From Basidiobolus meristosporus CBS 931.73 (taxonomy: Eukaryota > Fungi > Basidiobolomycota): a DNA stretch of 64,000 bases. A model generated the notes under the pieces. It saw nothing but the letters and a program-made list of their open reading frames with translations, was not told where the DNA came from and did no database searches. The translations under genes were made by a program, and so were the position numbers. The stretch spans positions 62,001-126,000 of the forward strand of contig MCFE01000101.1 of the NCBI GenBank assembly GCA_002104905.1, given 5' to 3'. The number at the start of each line of letters is the position of its first letter. The stretch's first letter is position 1. Shown here in pieces: positions 36,374 to 48,580 of the stretch.

Positions 36374-37071
36374 TTTTATATCCAAGAGAATAGTGTAATA
36401 AAACTCTTGAATGAGTTAACTGAACCTAAGTGATAACCAAGTGCAGAATCTTAGAATTGTCAAGGGCAACAGAAATATTAGCAGAGAAGTTCTCATCTAA
36501 TATTGGTTTTGTATATAGTTGAGTTGGGCTATAAAGGCAACAGAATTGGTTTGCTATACAGGCTAGGCTTGGTGTTCTTGGGAATGCTGGATATGCTAGG
36601 CTTGGGTGGAAACTAGAACAAAATTGTTGAGTTCTTAATTTTGCTGAGGCACAATCTTAGTTTTGTTGAGACACACACTAAACCAAAAGGTTCAGTAATC
36701 TTTATTTATATTTTTCTGATCAACTTGAATAAGTAAGCACCAAGAGACTGGACTAATTGAAATATGTTGGGGTGTTGATAGGGCCATAAAATAAATGAAA
36801 AATTGCATCATTAATCAGCTGATGTCTTGGCAACTACTAAGTGATTGGATAGATCTCAGATGACTAATCCTTTGCAAGGCTTAGCAGATTAGTTGAGGGC
36901 ATAATGACCACCTGAAAATTGATCAGGTGTGACAGCTAAAAATATATTCTGAGAAGTGATAAAATACACCATAACAGGGATTAGTTATGTTTGGGTTAGG
37001 GAAAATCAGTTACAGTACTAGATTCTCTAACACAGTGAAATTGGCTAAGTTTTAAATGTTGATGCACAACA
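36374..37071. mobile_element. Probable solo LTR of a further family (~700 bp)
   Basis: Interrupts the A integrase; ends ...CAACA; flanks CTGTC/CCACC are both derivable from the A-family site CCGCC. Confidence 0.5.
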
Positions 37072-39686
37072 CCACCCAAAAATCATAGGATAATTTTTGA
37101 TCATGGATCATAGATCTTGCCATATGAATTATTGATCTGTTTGCCATTCTGCTACTCCATTTTGCTGGTGGAAATATGGTACAGTAGTCTCTTGCTTTAT
37201 CCCATGAATTTTGCAGAAGTGGATGAAGAGTTTTGAGGTATATTCTTCACCACTTTCAGAGCATATTTTCTTGATTTTTTCACCAGTTTCTCTCTCCACC
37301 ATGGCTTTAAACTTGTTGAACCTAGAGAGAAAGTCTTCCTTCCTCTCCATCAGGTAGCCCCATGTGTATCAAGTATAATGATCAGTAAAAATGATTAATT
37401 ACTTTGTCCCATCAAATGATAAATTTGCATAGATCAACACAGACCGGATTGAATTAGATCTAATTTTTTCTTAGTTTTGAATAGCCCAGAGCTCTTGAAC
37501 AGTTGTCTGGCTTGTTTCCCATATGTTCATGCTTCAAAGTGCTCCAAATTTGCTGGGGGAACAATTTTTACTCTGGATATTAGCTGATCTTTGATCATTT
37601 TACCCAAATAATGAAAATTGATGTGCTCAAAGCTTCTGTGCCAAAGCATTGGTGTTACTTCATTCAAGTTACTTATTTTAGCGTCCATATATGATGGAAT
37701 ATAAGTCAGCTTGGATAGATTCTGATCTCTGGTACCCAAAGCAATATGGGCATCATTTTGATTAGTGATCTTGCATCCAGAATTGTCAAAGCTGAAGCTG
37801 AGTCCTTCTGCAGTGGCCTTGTTTACAGATAGTAGGTTTTTGGTGATTTTTGGTACATAGAGTACTTCTTTAAAAGTCAGCGTATGGCTTCCTTTGCTGC
37901 TTCAAAGGTTTACTTGCATAGTTCCTTCTCCTGTGGCATCAACTTTTCTATTGTCACCCATGAAAACCTTCTCAATTGAAATTTCTTGATATTGGGTAAA
38001 AAGCTCTTTTTGGTGTGTAAAGTATTGAGATGCTCCCAAGTCAATGTGCTACATCTGAGAATCCTTGTTTGTGGTCATATTTAGTGCAGCTATGAATAGT
38101 CTATTTTAGTTGCTGCAGTATTTCTATATCCAGGCTTCTTTGCTGATTATCTCTTTTTTTGTGACACCAGTCTGATGTGTGTCCTTTCCTTTTGCAATAG
38201 TTACAAGACAGGTTGTTATTGCCTTTGTAAGGTCTTGGGTACCTCCTTTGTTGGTTATCATTGCTTATTGAATCATTTACTTTTCCTTCTTATTGGCACT
38301 TAGTTGGTACGCCACAGATTCTATCTCATGTACCAGCCAGGTAATTCTGTTGATTAGCTTTTTCATTTCTTCTGCTGGCTGCATCTTTGTGGTAAAGAAC
38401 TTTTGTCTCAGATACATTCTCTTAGCAGCTGAACATGACTGGTAGGCATCGTCAAATGCCTTCCAGGCATTCTTTGCCATTTTTGCTTTTGAGCATTGAA
38501 TTAGCAATTTGTCTTTAACATTAAGGCAAATGCAGTTAAAGGCACTTTGTTCTTTCTTCTGGTACTTTAAAGCTTCCTCTCCCACGTTTTTAGGAGGGCA
38601 TTCTTCAATTTATATTTTGACTGGCTTAGGGTATTAGTCTGGATACATCTGTCTATGGAGAGCTTAATCCCTATGTAGTAACTGAGTTCTCCTAGATTGG
38701 ATATCTTGAACTCCTTAGATAGGCTGGATTTAGTCTGTTTTGAAACTCAGAGATTCCAAATAAGAAGCTATCTTGCAATTCCAGGCTCTTGTTGATTGTT
38801 TGAGACCATATAGAGACTTTTTAAGCTTGCAGACCAAATAGGGGTTATCTTGATCAACAAACCCATCAGGCTGGTCCATATACATGTTGTCATCAAGTTC
38901 TCCATTCAAAAATGCAGCTTTTACAACCATTTGATGAATAAAAAACTTATATTTGTCTGCATTAGCAAATATTAATTTGATGGAATTAAACTTGGCCACC
39001 GGTGCAAAGGTCTTGGAATAATGAAGTCATTTTGTCTGAGAGTATCCTTTGGCCACAAATCTTGCTTTGTATCTTTCAATTGAAACGTCAGCCTTGTATT
39101 TTGTCTTGAAGACCCACCTGCATCCAATTGATTTTTGGTTGATTGGTAATATGACTAAGTTCCAAGTTTGTTCAAAACTCAATCATATCAAGCAAACTTA
39201 ATGCCATCTGAAAGCCCTGACTTCCTTATCAATTTATGGTTGGCAGTCTGATGTATATCATGTTTGGAACATGTCCAGATATCTCATATTGAGTGGGTGT
39301 TGGCAGCCAGCATAATCAGAACTATGGATCTGATCATATTGCAGCAGTTAAGCAGATTTTGAGATACCTAAAAGGAACTGCTGATATCTGCTTAAGATAC
39401 ACTTATAAGGATTCAGAACAGGATTTTGTGGGAAACTCTGATGCCATTTGGGGACAAAATTTGGAAGATAGAAGATCCACACCAGGATACACATTTCATT
39501 ACTGTAAAGGAGCAATTCATGGAATTCACGGAAGCAACCAACTGTAGCACTTACTACCACAGAGGCAGAGTATGTGGCAGCCTGTGAAGCTACAAAAGAG
39601 GCAATGTGGTTAAGGAAGCTTTTTGAAGATTAAGGCTTATGTCAAAAAACACCTATTACATTATTTCAAGATAATCAAGGATGTGT

Positions 39687-41618
39687 CCCTATGAGAAATT
39701 ATTATGATGATCCTGTCAAATGTCCGCCACAGATTCTAAGTCCTGTGACTAAGAGGTATTGATATCATCAGGACACCATGCAAAGACTGTCAAAAAACAA
39801 TTGCACACCAGATATCATAAAAAACTTGGTCAAAATTTTTCATTCACAACAATACAAAAGTGGCTTTTGATTGGTTCTCTGCCAATTTTCTCACTTTCTG
39901 ATCCCAGACACTCTATCACTTCCTATGTTTGTGAGCATTAATTGGTTATTGCCTCTTTTTCACACTCCTTACTATCTGACTCAACTGTTTCACTTATTTT
40001 TCATGCATACAAATTGATTTATTTCCATTGAAACTTCAGTTGTACCTCAATTGCCAATTGTATTAACCTATACAAGTCCCTATACCCTACACTATCATTA
40101 AGCACAACCCCACCCTTAGCAAGTAACTCCATCAAAATCCACCACTCAATAAGTATTTCTGCTGTCACACTCTGCTTCCACAACTTTGGCAGAAACCCTA
40201 TGGCTTTATGCCAATGTTCATTCACTGGTTCCCATATGTCCTTGTCTTTGGCTGGCACTGCATGGTCTAGCACCTCATGTGCCAGTCTTTGCAATAAGTC
40301 CTTTCAGAATTCAAGTGCATTTTTCTGAGCACTGCTCTTGAAGAAGTGCTGCAACCTCTTAGTGTGCCACTTAATGTTCCAAAATTCCACCAAAGGCATT
40401 GTGATAACCTTTTGAGCTCTTGACTTTGATACTTTGTCTGTCAGTGGGGTTGACCTTTTTCTTTATCACTGCCAAGTCTTTCACTGCTACTTTGTGTGAG
40501 AGCTTCTTGTATTGAACTATGTTTTCCCCTTGATAAATACTGTGCTGACACATCTGTTTTGGCCTGCTTGTCCCTTGCTGGCACTCTGCAGACAACCTGA
40601 CACTTCTTTCCTGCTTGTTTTAAGCTCTCAGCCCATGCCATAATGCTCCTCAGGTAGCTGCTTGTTTCTATCACTGCCAGGTCCTTCACTGCTACTTTGA
40701 CTGAGTGCTTCTTGAGCAGAGGTATGCCTTTTCCCTGGTAAATGTTGTGCTGGTGCATCTGTGTCTGTCTGCTTTTCCCTTATTGGCACTCTTCCAGCTA
40801 CCTGATGCCACTTTGATGCTTGTCTGGAGCTTTTGGTCCTGCTAACAGGCTCTTGAGGAAGCCACTAGTATTGAGCCATTGTACCCTTGTTCTTCTGCCT
40901 TTGATAGTCTCTGCTATTCTTAAGAAACTCTCTTTGCACACCAATGCTGCTCCAAAAAACATTTGCTTCTTTGAATCCAGGCTAATGCTCATGGAGCAAG
41001 TCAAGCATATTTTGCTAGGCTTTGAGTTCCTGATGGCCCCATGGTATGCCAGCCTTGATGTGTTGCCATGCAAGACTTCTAACAGCCTCTTGAATATTAG
41101 CCCACTCTTCATCATTTCACTCAATGGCTTCATGGATCTTCAATGTCTTTTGATTTTTAGACTTTGGTATAAGCACTACATTTTCTCCCTCCCATGTGTT
41201 GTAAAAATTTGTATTTCCACCTAAATATTCACCTAACTTAGTCACTTGGATCATTACCCTCAAATCCTAGAGTATACTGACCAAATTCCTTGTTGGGATT
41301 TACTTAGAATATTTACCCAGAACATGAAAATTCTCAAAGTTGTCCAAACAGCCCAAAACTTTGCACACATGTTCTTGGGACCTTCCTTACCTATTCTATA
41401 TGTTTTTTATGCCAAGACCAGGTAAAAGTATAAATACTACTTTTACATTCAATAAATCATTAAGTGAAAACCACATAATCTACTTGTCCTCCCAATCACT
41501 TCCAATATCTCCAAGACTCTTACAACATCAATACCTCTTGGTCATGGGATTTCAATTTTGTCACAGCCTTTGACAGGAACAGGAACATCACAGTTATTTT
41601 TCATAGGGTACTCTAACC
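39687..41618. mobile_element. Internally deleted CMC/CACTA element
   Basis: Left terminus CCCTATGAGAAAT and right terminus ...TTTTTCATAGGG; interior homologous to 21877-22359, 23418-23985 and 28672-29400. Confidence 0.65.
41197..41527 (+). mobile_element. Solo LTR, copia family A (small internal deletion, no TSD)
   Basis: TGTTG...CAACA, aligns with 5337-5685; flanks CCATG/TCAAT differ. Confidence 0.88.
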
Positions 41619-42923
41619 TTCTTTTGGAGGATTGTTGGTGTATGTAGAATAAGGTTGAAAAGCTTTGGTTACATTGGAATATTCCTTGGCAAGTAAGAAC
41701 ATGGACTTTATTATTCTTCAACCCCCATCATAGATCAGATAGCTGAGTAATAAACAAGTATTCATACAAATAGCATCAGTTTTGTAGGGAAATTGGTTAG
41801 TAGGTTAGGCAGTAGTGGGAAGCGTGTGACCAGTTACCTCACGTGACAATGCTTGGACTATCGTATCATCAGATTGGGCTTTGGGCAAATCATTTGATAT
41901 CCAATGCTTTTACATTCGCCTTAAATTAGGCTCACCGAATCAACATCGACCAGTAATTCACATCCAACATTCCTCAGCCAAACAATTGTGACACCTGAAT
42001 GAAGCCAGCATTTCTAAGTGCTATGATCATCACAGGGGGATCACTATGCGTAATCCGGGTGGACTGCTGAATGAGAATCAGTGCATCAAAGACCCAGCCA
42101 ACTCAACGAATAGATCCCCCCGCCACCATACTGACAGATGGTAGTGGTGTTCATATGGCGTCGCCAAAGATGAATGGGAAGACATCTTCGTACGTGTACA
42201 ATGCGGACTATTTGGGAGTGTTTAGTGGCTCCTTGGCTTGACTTTCACTGGCCATATTAAACCATCAGGGACCAGCATCTTTCGATTGATGACTCAAAGA
42301 AGCGGCGGGTAGAAGTAACCTGCCTAATCCCAGTGACAAGACCCCCTCGTTGCTCAAGAATCCAGATAAGTGACACTGGCGAGGTAGAGGAGGCCGGTAA
42401 GCACGTGCTATTGATAGCGATGAAACCCAGACCTCTTATAGTTAGTGGGTCTTGAATGATACGAGCCGTTGATAACGGAACTCTGGCACAGATAGGAGAG
42501 TAAGAGCAAACAATGTGCTGGGGATCCGCATCGATGGGTGGCCAGATTAAGCGGAGGGGCACAGGACTAACTCTATATGACAACAAAGCTAGTCCCGTGA
42601 TCGATTGGGAATGGTTGGGACGGTTGGATGCCACCTATTTACACCAGATCACGACAACCCGGTCGATTTCATCAGGATGGTGTTGTAGCTTGCATCCCTG
42701 GGGAGTGCTGATTCGTCGCAGATAAGCATATGACGATAGGGGATTCGATGAGGCGGCCTTGAAACTGGCGCACACATAAGCTCTCCGGAGATAGGAATCC
42801 GCACCTGAGGACACCATCCCCTTATTTCCGAAGATAACCATGGCGTGCACCATTGGCTCGTCCATCCAAGGGACAGATATAAAGTTCAGGAAGGGTCAAC
42901 GGGGCACGCCATTCCTCTACCCA

Positions 42924-44333
42924 ATGAGTACTGTAAATCCCACCGAACCCTCTCCTGTGTATTCCCCAGGCGACATCTCTTGGGTTCTCGTGTCGACGAG
43001 CCTAGTCTTTCTAATGATCCCCGGGGTGGGCTATTTCTACAGCGGAATGGCTCGCTCCAAAAACGCCCTCTCCCTCATCATGCTAAGCTGCCTTTCGGTG
43101 GCGGTCGTGCTGGTCCAATGGTTTATATGGGGCTATTCGCTTGCGTTTGGCGACAGTGGAAGCTGGTTCATCGGCAATTTGGACCACGCGTTCTTGCGCA
43201 ACGTTCTGGGCGACCCTAGCGTGGGCAGCACCAAGATCCCCGATCTGGCATTCATGATCTATCAATCCATGTTTGCCTCCATCGCCCCGGCACTGGCCAT
43301 CGGGGCCGCGGCGGAGCGTGCGCGCATCTTCCCAACCATCGTGTTTATCTTCATCTGGGCCACCCTTGTGTATGACCCCCTCGCCTACTGGACATGGTCA
43401 CCAAACGGTTGGGCCGCGAAGTTGGGGAGCCTAGATTTTGCCGGAGGTACACCGGTGCACATCTCCTCCGGGGTGGCTGCCCTTGCGTACGCCATCAAAG
43501 TCGGAAAGAGACAGGGCCACGGCACCGAGGAATTCAAAGCCCACAACTTATCCAATGTGGTGTTGGGCACTGCGTTGCTTTGGTTTGGTTGGTTTGGTTT
43601 CAACGGAGGCTCCGCGCTCTCCGGCTCCCTGCGAGCGATCATGGCCGTGGTGGTGACGAATATTGCTGCCGCCTCGGGCGCACTTACCTGGGTGGTCATC
43701 GACTACTTCCGCACCGGGCGGAAATTCTCGGCCCTCGCATTCTGCTCCGGTGCAGTGGCCGGGTTGGTGGCCATCACCCCAGGGTCCGGGTACGTCGGCC
43801 CAGCGGCGGCGTTGTTGTTTGGCGTGGTCGCTGGAATAGGATGCAACTTCGCCAGGCATCTGAGCCACCTGCTGGACTTTGACGACGCGTTGGATGTATT
43901 TGCTGTTCATGCGGTTGGCGGATACCTCGGTGATTTCATGACCGGGATCTTCGCTGAACAGCGTATAGCTGCCTTGGACGGATCCACCATCGCTGGAGGA
44001 TGGCTGAACGGCCATTTCATGCAGGTCCCCTATCAATTAGCCGGGAGCACCGCCGGACTCGCATGGACCTTTGTGGTGACCTACCTCATCCTACTGATCA
44101 TGGACAAAATCCCCGGGTTGAGCCTTCGTGCGGATCCAGAGAGCGAGAGGCTTGGCTTGGATCTGGCGGAGCTGGGAGAGTCGGCCTACCACCATGTGGA
44201 AAGGGTTTTCGCCCGCACCGACAGCATACCCTCTGGGAAAGAGACAACCCAGTTGAGCCAGGAGCAAATCTACTCGGATGATAGCACCGAGAAACTTGAA
44301 ATTCCCGCTAACCAACATGTAAATCGCGTGTAA
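42924..44333 (+). CDS. MEP: Ammonium transporter (Amt/Mep), intronless
   Basis: LDFAGGTPVHISSG, LWFGWFGFNGGS, DDALDVFAVHAVGG. The likely start is MSTVNP (42924); an in-frame upstream ATG exists at 42840. Confidence 0.96.
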   Translation: MSTVNPTEPSPVYSPGDISWVLVSTSLVFLMIPGVGYFYSGMARSKNALSLIMLSCLSVAVVLVQWFIWGYSLAFGDSGSWFIGNLDHAFLRNVLGDPSVGSTKIPDLAFMIYQSMFASIAPALAIGAAAERARIFPTIVFIFIWATLVYDPLAYWTWSPNGWAAKLGSLDFAGGTPVHISSGVAALAYAIKVGKRQGHGTEEFKAHNLSNVVLGTALLWFGWFGFNGGSALSGSLRAIMAVVVTNIAAASGALTWVVIDYFRTGRKFSALAFCSGAVAGLVAITPGSGYVGPAAALLFGVVAGIGCNFARHLSHLLDFDDALDVFAVHAVGGYLGDFMTGIFAEQRIAALDGSTIAGGWLNGHFMQVPYQLAGSTAGLAWTFVVTYLILLIMDKIPGLSLRADPESERLGLDLAELGESAYHHVERVFARTDSIPSGKETTQLSQEQIYSDDSTEKLEIPANQHVNRV

Positions 44334-44670
44334 ACTTCACCAAGACCATACCCATTGTAAATTTCCCCATCTGCTTTTGAACCTGGTTAAAGTTAACCAC
44401 TCTTGAATAAACCTACCAACGTGATTCAGAGCATCCATGATTGAGTATTGGTTTGGTGTAGTGGTGGTCGTGGTTGCGGCCGTAATAGCAACCAGTAGGG
44501 GGATTCGAAATTGATCCCACTTCATAATACACGGACTCCGTAAAATTGGCCTGAACTGAATGTGTTGCGCATCCTCCCTGCGCCAATAGATGACCTCGGT
44601 GGATTTTGGTTAGACTGGCTTATAAATTGTCGACAAGGCACTTCTTCCATGGGTAATACTGACGAAGACC

Positions 44671-45487
44671 ATGGATACTCTGGAACAACTCATTCAACGA
44701 AAAGACCATCAAGGTCTGGTTAGCGCATGCGAAGAATTGGAGTTTCACGTAAGTCCGTGCGGAACCAAGTGGCGCCCAGGCTGAATCCAACTCACGCAAC
44801 TCACCCTTCCAGGTCGTCACCGGTCGGATCGACGTATCGCTCAGCACCCTGTACGCCTTCCTCTTTGCCGGATACCTCCTGGTGAACGATTTGTAGGTAC
44901 CCTTCCATTTCGCCCCTCCCACCCGAACGGTTTTTCATGCTAAGAATCCGACCTCTTCTCTTCTACCTCACCCCGTAACGATAGAAACGCCGGTAGGTTC
45001 TTATGGAAACGTATCTCTCCGGAGACGAAACAGAACCCCGAATTGGAGAATCTCCACCGGATCCACGCCTCTCTGTGGAAACGGGAGTATCCAAACGTCT
45101 ACGAGGAGCTCACTCGTTCGTCCTGGTCGACTCCGCTACTTGCCCAATTGGCCCAAGAGCTGATGAGCACCACTAGAGAGCGTATGTTCGCACTCATTTC
45201 CAACGCCTACTCACACATCTCCCTGCCGGAGACCAGCCGATACCTAGGCGTTCCCGAAGCGGATCTACCATTCAGCCTTCAGCAAAGAGGCTGGGAGGCC
45301 ACCGAAAACGGATTCCTCCCCAAACGCATAGGTACGTACACTTAAACGCATCTTCTTTCCCTCCCTTCCCCCTAACCTATCCCGGTCGGGTCCGATTGTT
45401 ACAGAGAGGAAGGCTGAACAGACCACCGGCCTGGAGCAGCTACATCAACTGGCTGGCTACGTGACGTATCTTGAATCATCAAGCTAG
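44671..45487 (+). CDS. CSN8: COP9 signalosome subunit 8 (4 exons)
   Basis: Spliced product MDTLEQL..ACEELE..NAGRFLWKRI..NPEL..LW.R..AYSHIS..GW..QLHQLAGYVTYLE matches the CSN8 pattern; GT-AG introns. Confidence 0.82.
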
Positions 45488-45709
45488 TTTATTAGGAACC
45501 TCGGCGCAGCTCATCCTCTATGTTGGACGGGTCGCCCGACAAATAAAGGGTCACCGCCAGGAAGGGTGAATGATATATTACTACAGTCAGTTGTTTATCA
45601 CATAACATCTATGCGGGATAGTATCATTGTGTCAATGCGGTATGGAATATGTTACAGTGATTAGGGGAGAGAAGGGCAGGAGGCAAGGATGAATGGCGTG
45701 AGTTGGGGG

Positions 45710-47613
45710 TTAATTGGGCGGACGGTAATTGACCAGGAATCGGTCGATTTCTTTGCTGCTGGGCAACACAGCGGGGCACCAGGAAGAAATGATGCGCTTC
45801 GCCTTCTTGACTAGATCAGGTCGCTCGGCGTAGATCAGATGGCTGAGCAAGAGCAGCAGGTTTCCTTTGGCAGGAGTCACCTTTAGGGTGTTCATCGCCT
45901 CCAACGTAGGGATGAACTCGTTGAAGTCCCCCTTTTTGGCCAGTAGATTGAAGAACCGGTGGAAATTCCTTCGCTCGAGAAATGTGGGCCTAGAGCGCGG
46001 CTGGGCGAGTTGATCGTGCAGCAGGTCCTTCATGGCCTGATACCCTAGGCCCAAGTGGTTGTTGAATGTACATGAGTCCAAGAAAATGCTGAGCGTGGCC
46101 GCGTCAGGAGTGAGGGAAAGGGAGCGGAACGAATTCCAAAGCTCATTCACCTTCTCCCCGTCACCGAGTCGGTTGTAGGCATCCATGATGGTGTTGATCA
46201 GCACGGTATCGGGGCGCACCTTGTCGTCCAGCATTCGCTTGTACAAGTCCTTGATGGCTTGGATGTTGGATGCCTTCGCGAAGCCGTCGATCAGGGCGCC
46301 GTATGTGACCTGGTTCGGAGTAATCCCAGCCTTTCGCATCTCCTCGAATATACCCACCGCAGTCTTGAGGTCGGAGCTCTTTGCATACAGATCGATCATG
46401 GAGGTGTAGATGTAAACGTTGGGCTTCAGCTCTTGTGAGGCCATCAACTTGCAGATAGTCGAGATCCCCGAGGTCCCGTACTTCTGCTCAAACGCCTGGA
46501 TAATGACATTGTAGTAGTGGAGGTTTCGGGACATCTTTGAGGCGTTGATCATCTCGAAGATTCTAAGCGCCTCGTCGTACTGATAGTAATCCACCATGAC
46601 CTTGGTGATGATGCTGAATGCCTGCATGTCGGGAACAAGGCCGGTGCGCATCATCCTATTGAACAGCTTCATCACGTTCTTGTAGTTCCCCGTAGCTCCA
46701 TAGGTCTGCATCAGCAAACTGTAGGCTTTGACGTCTGGGGTGATCCCGAAATGCTGCATTCGTTCGAATGTGTGGATACATCCAGGCTGGTCAGCCCCCT
46801 TATGATACGCCTTCATCAGCTCGGTGAAGATGGCGATGTTGGGCTTCACGTCAGCATGAAGCATGTCTGAGAACAAGGCCTGCGCCTCCTTGTACCTTCC
46901 GTGCTTGGCGAAGTGAGCCACGCCCAGAAAGTAGAGAAAGGAGTATGGCTTGGTCACGCTACCAATGATCTTACGGACCTCCTCCAGTGAGGCCGCATCC
47001 TGGCCAAGCGCCTTGTGCAGCTCAGCGTAAGCGGTGATGTCACTTCCCGAATCAAAGGAGCTCAACGAGGATATCAACGTTTGTGCGTAACTCCCTTGCG
47101 AGTTTTCCTCCAGCCTTGTGACCAGTACGTGGATAGTCTTCGCGTTGGGGGTCAGCCCGCTCTTGACCATCTTTTGGATCAACTCCAAAGCCAGTTCGAA
47201 CTTCTTTTGGTGGCAGGCTTTTTCAATGACCATCGAGTAGGCCTTCTTCTTGTTCTCAAATATGTATGGCAACAGTGCTAGCATCTTCGAAAGGTTCGCC
47301 GGGTCACGGACTTTGTGCAGTAAGGACAGGAGTTGGAGCTGGATACTAGATGGAATCTTTGCCCAGTTGGAGGGCTGTGTTCTGGACAGAAGCACCCATG
47401 AATGAAACAAATCTTGTCGACCTATATAGACGGACAGCAGCTCAAGAGACAGGTTGGAGGAACCCGGAGGTTTGTCTGTCCCGCGGGAATGATTGTGCTG
47501 GAAATGCAGGAAGAATACTGCACTGTTCGAGGAATTGCAGGAAGCACTCTTGCTTGCCTAGAAGAGCACAGGATTATCTGGCACCCGAACTTCCTGAGGT
47601 TCGAAGGAAGCAT
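45710..47613 (-). CDS. Pentatricopeptide-repeat protein, probably mitochondrial; 5' end uncertain
   Basis: Tandem 35-aa repeats (PNVYIYTSMIDLYAK, PNQVTYGALIDGFAK, PDTVLINTIMDAYNR) in ORF 45710-47410. The frame is open to 47557; the nearest ATG (47613) is in another frame. Confidence 0.88.
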
Positions 47614-47864
47614 CTGACAGAGGACTGATGAGGGGGCTCGAGGATACGGTGGCGATTAGTGGGTACTACGGCTCGAGAAGTGGAATGGTGTGTGCTGGAA
47701 ACCCCAGCGGAACTACTAAAAAAAGGATTTTCGTGATAGACTGCAATCTAATCACCCGGAAAAATGTGGGGTGTGTGTCGGGCGCTTGGCTACCGGGATG
47801 GCGGGTTAAAATTTTTTCAATTCATTCAAAATCGACCGCCATTTCCGCCTCTCTATCCTCAACC

Positions 47865-48222
47865 ATGTCCAAAGCCTTCCTCCACGCTACACAATCCATC
47901 AAGAGCGTTGCTCAAGCTCGCTCCATCATTCGCCAGGTCGAGTCCAAGTTCGGCCAGGTCAGCGACTATCAATTTTTGAGAGTAAGTGGCTCACGAAGTC
48001 AATTGGCTTGCCATGTTCCCCGCTAACCCGTTTATTCTCAAGTGCCCCATCACTCACGTATACAACGGTCAAGCATTCGTGGAGTTCAAGAACCCTAGCT
48101 CAGCTGAGACTGCCGCCGCTGCTGGAACACAGAAGTTGGAGAACATCGAGTACAACCTTATCCAGCGTGAGGTTCTACGTCCCAAAGCTCCGGAAACCCC
48201 CGAGCCTACACCAAGCTCTTGA
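47865..48222 (+). CDS. 98-aa single RRM-like protein (2 exons: 47865-47981, 48043-48222)
   Basis: GTAAGT...CTAAC...CAAG intron joins the frames; RNP1-like GQAFVEF. Confidence 0.72.
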
Positions 48223-48580
48223 ATATCACTTTTCGCATTCATGCCATAATTCACAGCTGCCAGTATTTAGAAGTTTCATGGCAGTCCTCGAGAATCAAAA
48301 AAGTCCTCTATCCATCCCATGTATCATTATTCTCACCTAAGTGGAGGTCAATAAATGTTCCTTGACATGAGCAATGCGTTTGGTAGCACGGCATTTCGGA
48401 ATCCATGTGACATGCGAATCCGTGGGTTTTATTCAGGAAGTTAAGCAGAATCCACGGGCTACGTGACTAATTGCATTACGAAAATCCCATTTCAGTATGA
48501 ATTTCACCTTGGACACCTACTCGAGTTAAGGTTTTCTCTACTAGTTTATCGTCTACGAACCCGACCCTCTTCCGCATAAA

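Larger units (their letters stand above)
33431..39686 (-). mobile_element. Scrambled mosaic of copia family A fragments
   Basis: Partial LTR 33431-33640 plus PPT, RH/RT 33641-34953, INT C-terminus 35836-36373, INT/PR/gag 37072-38608 and RT 38610-39170 are all on minus; RH 39171-39686 is on plus. Confidence 0.85.

Noticed and set aside
33431-39686. Segment between outward-facing CCCTA termini with GT on both inner flanks, read as alternative transposition
   Set aside because: The two flanks (A LTR and A RNase H) are not contiguous in family A, so the 2-bp match is probably chance.
42257-42865. ORFs of 125 and 76 aa upstream of the ammonium transporter
   Set aside because: No recognisable motif, non-ATG or overlapping starts; probably promoter sequence.
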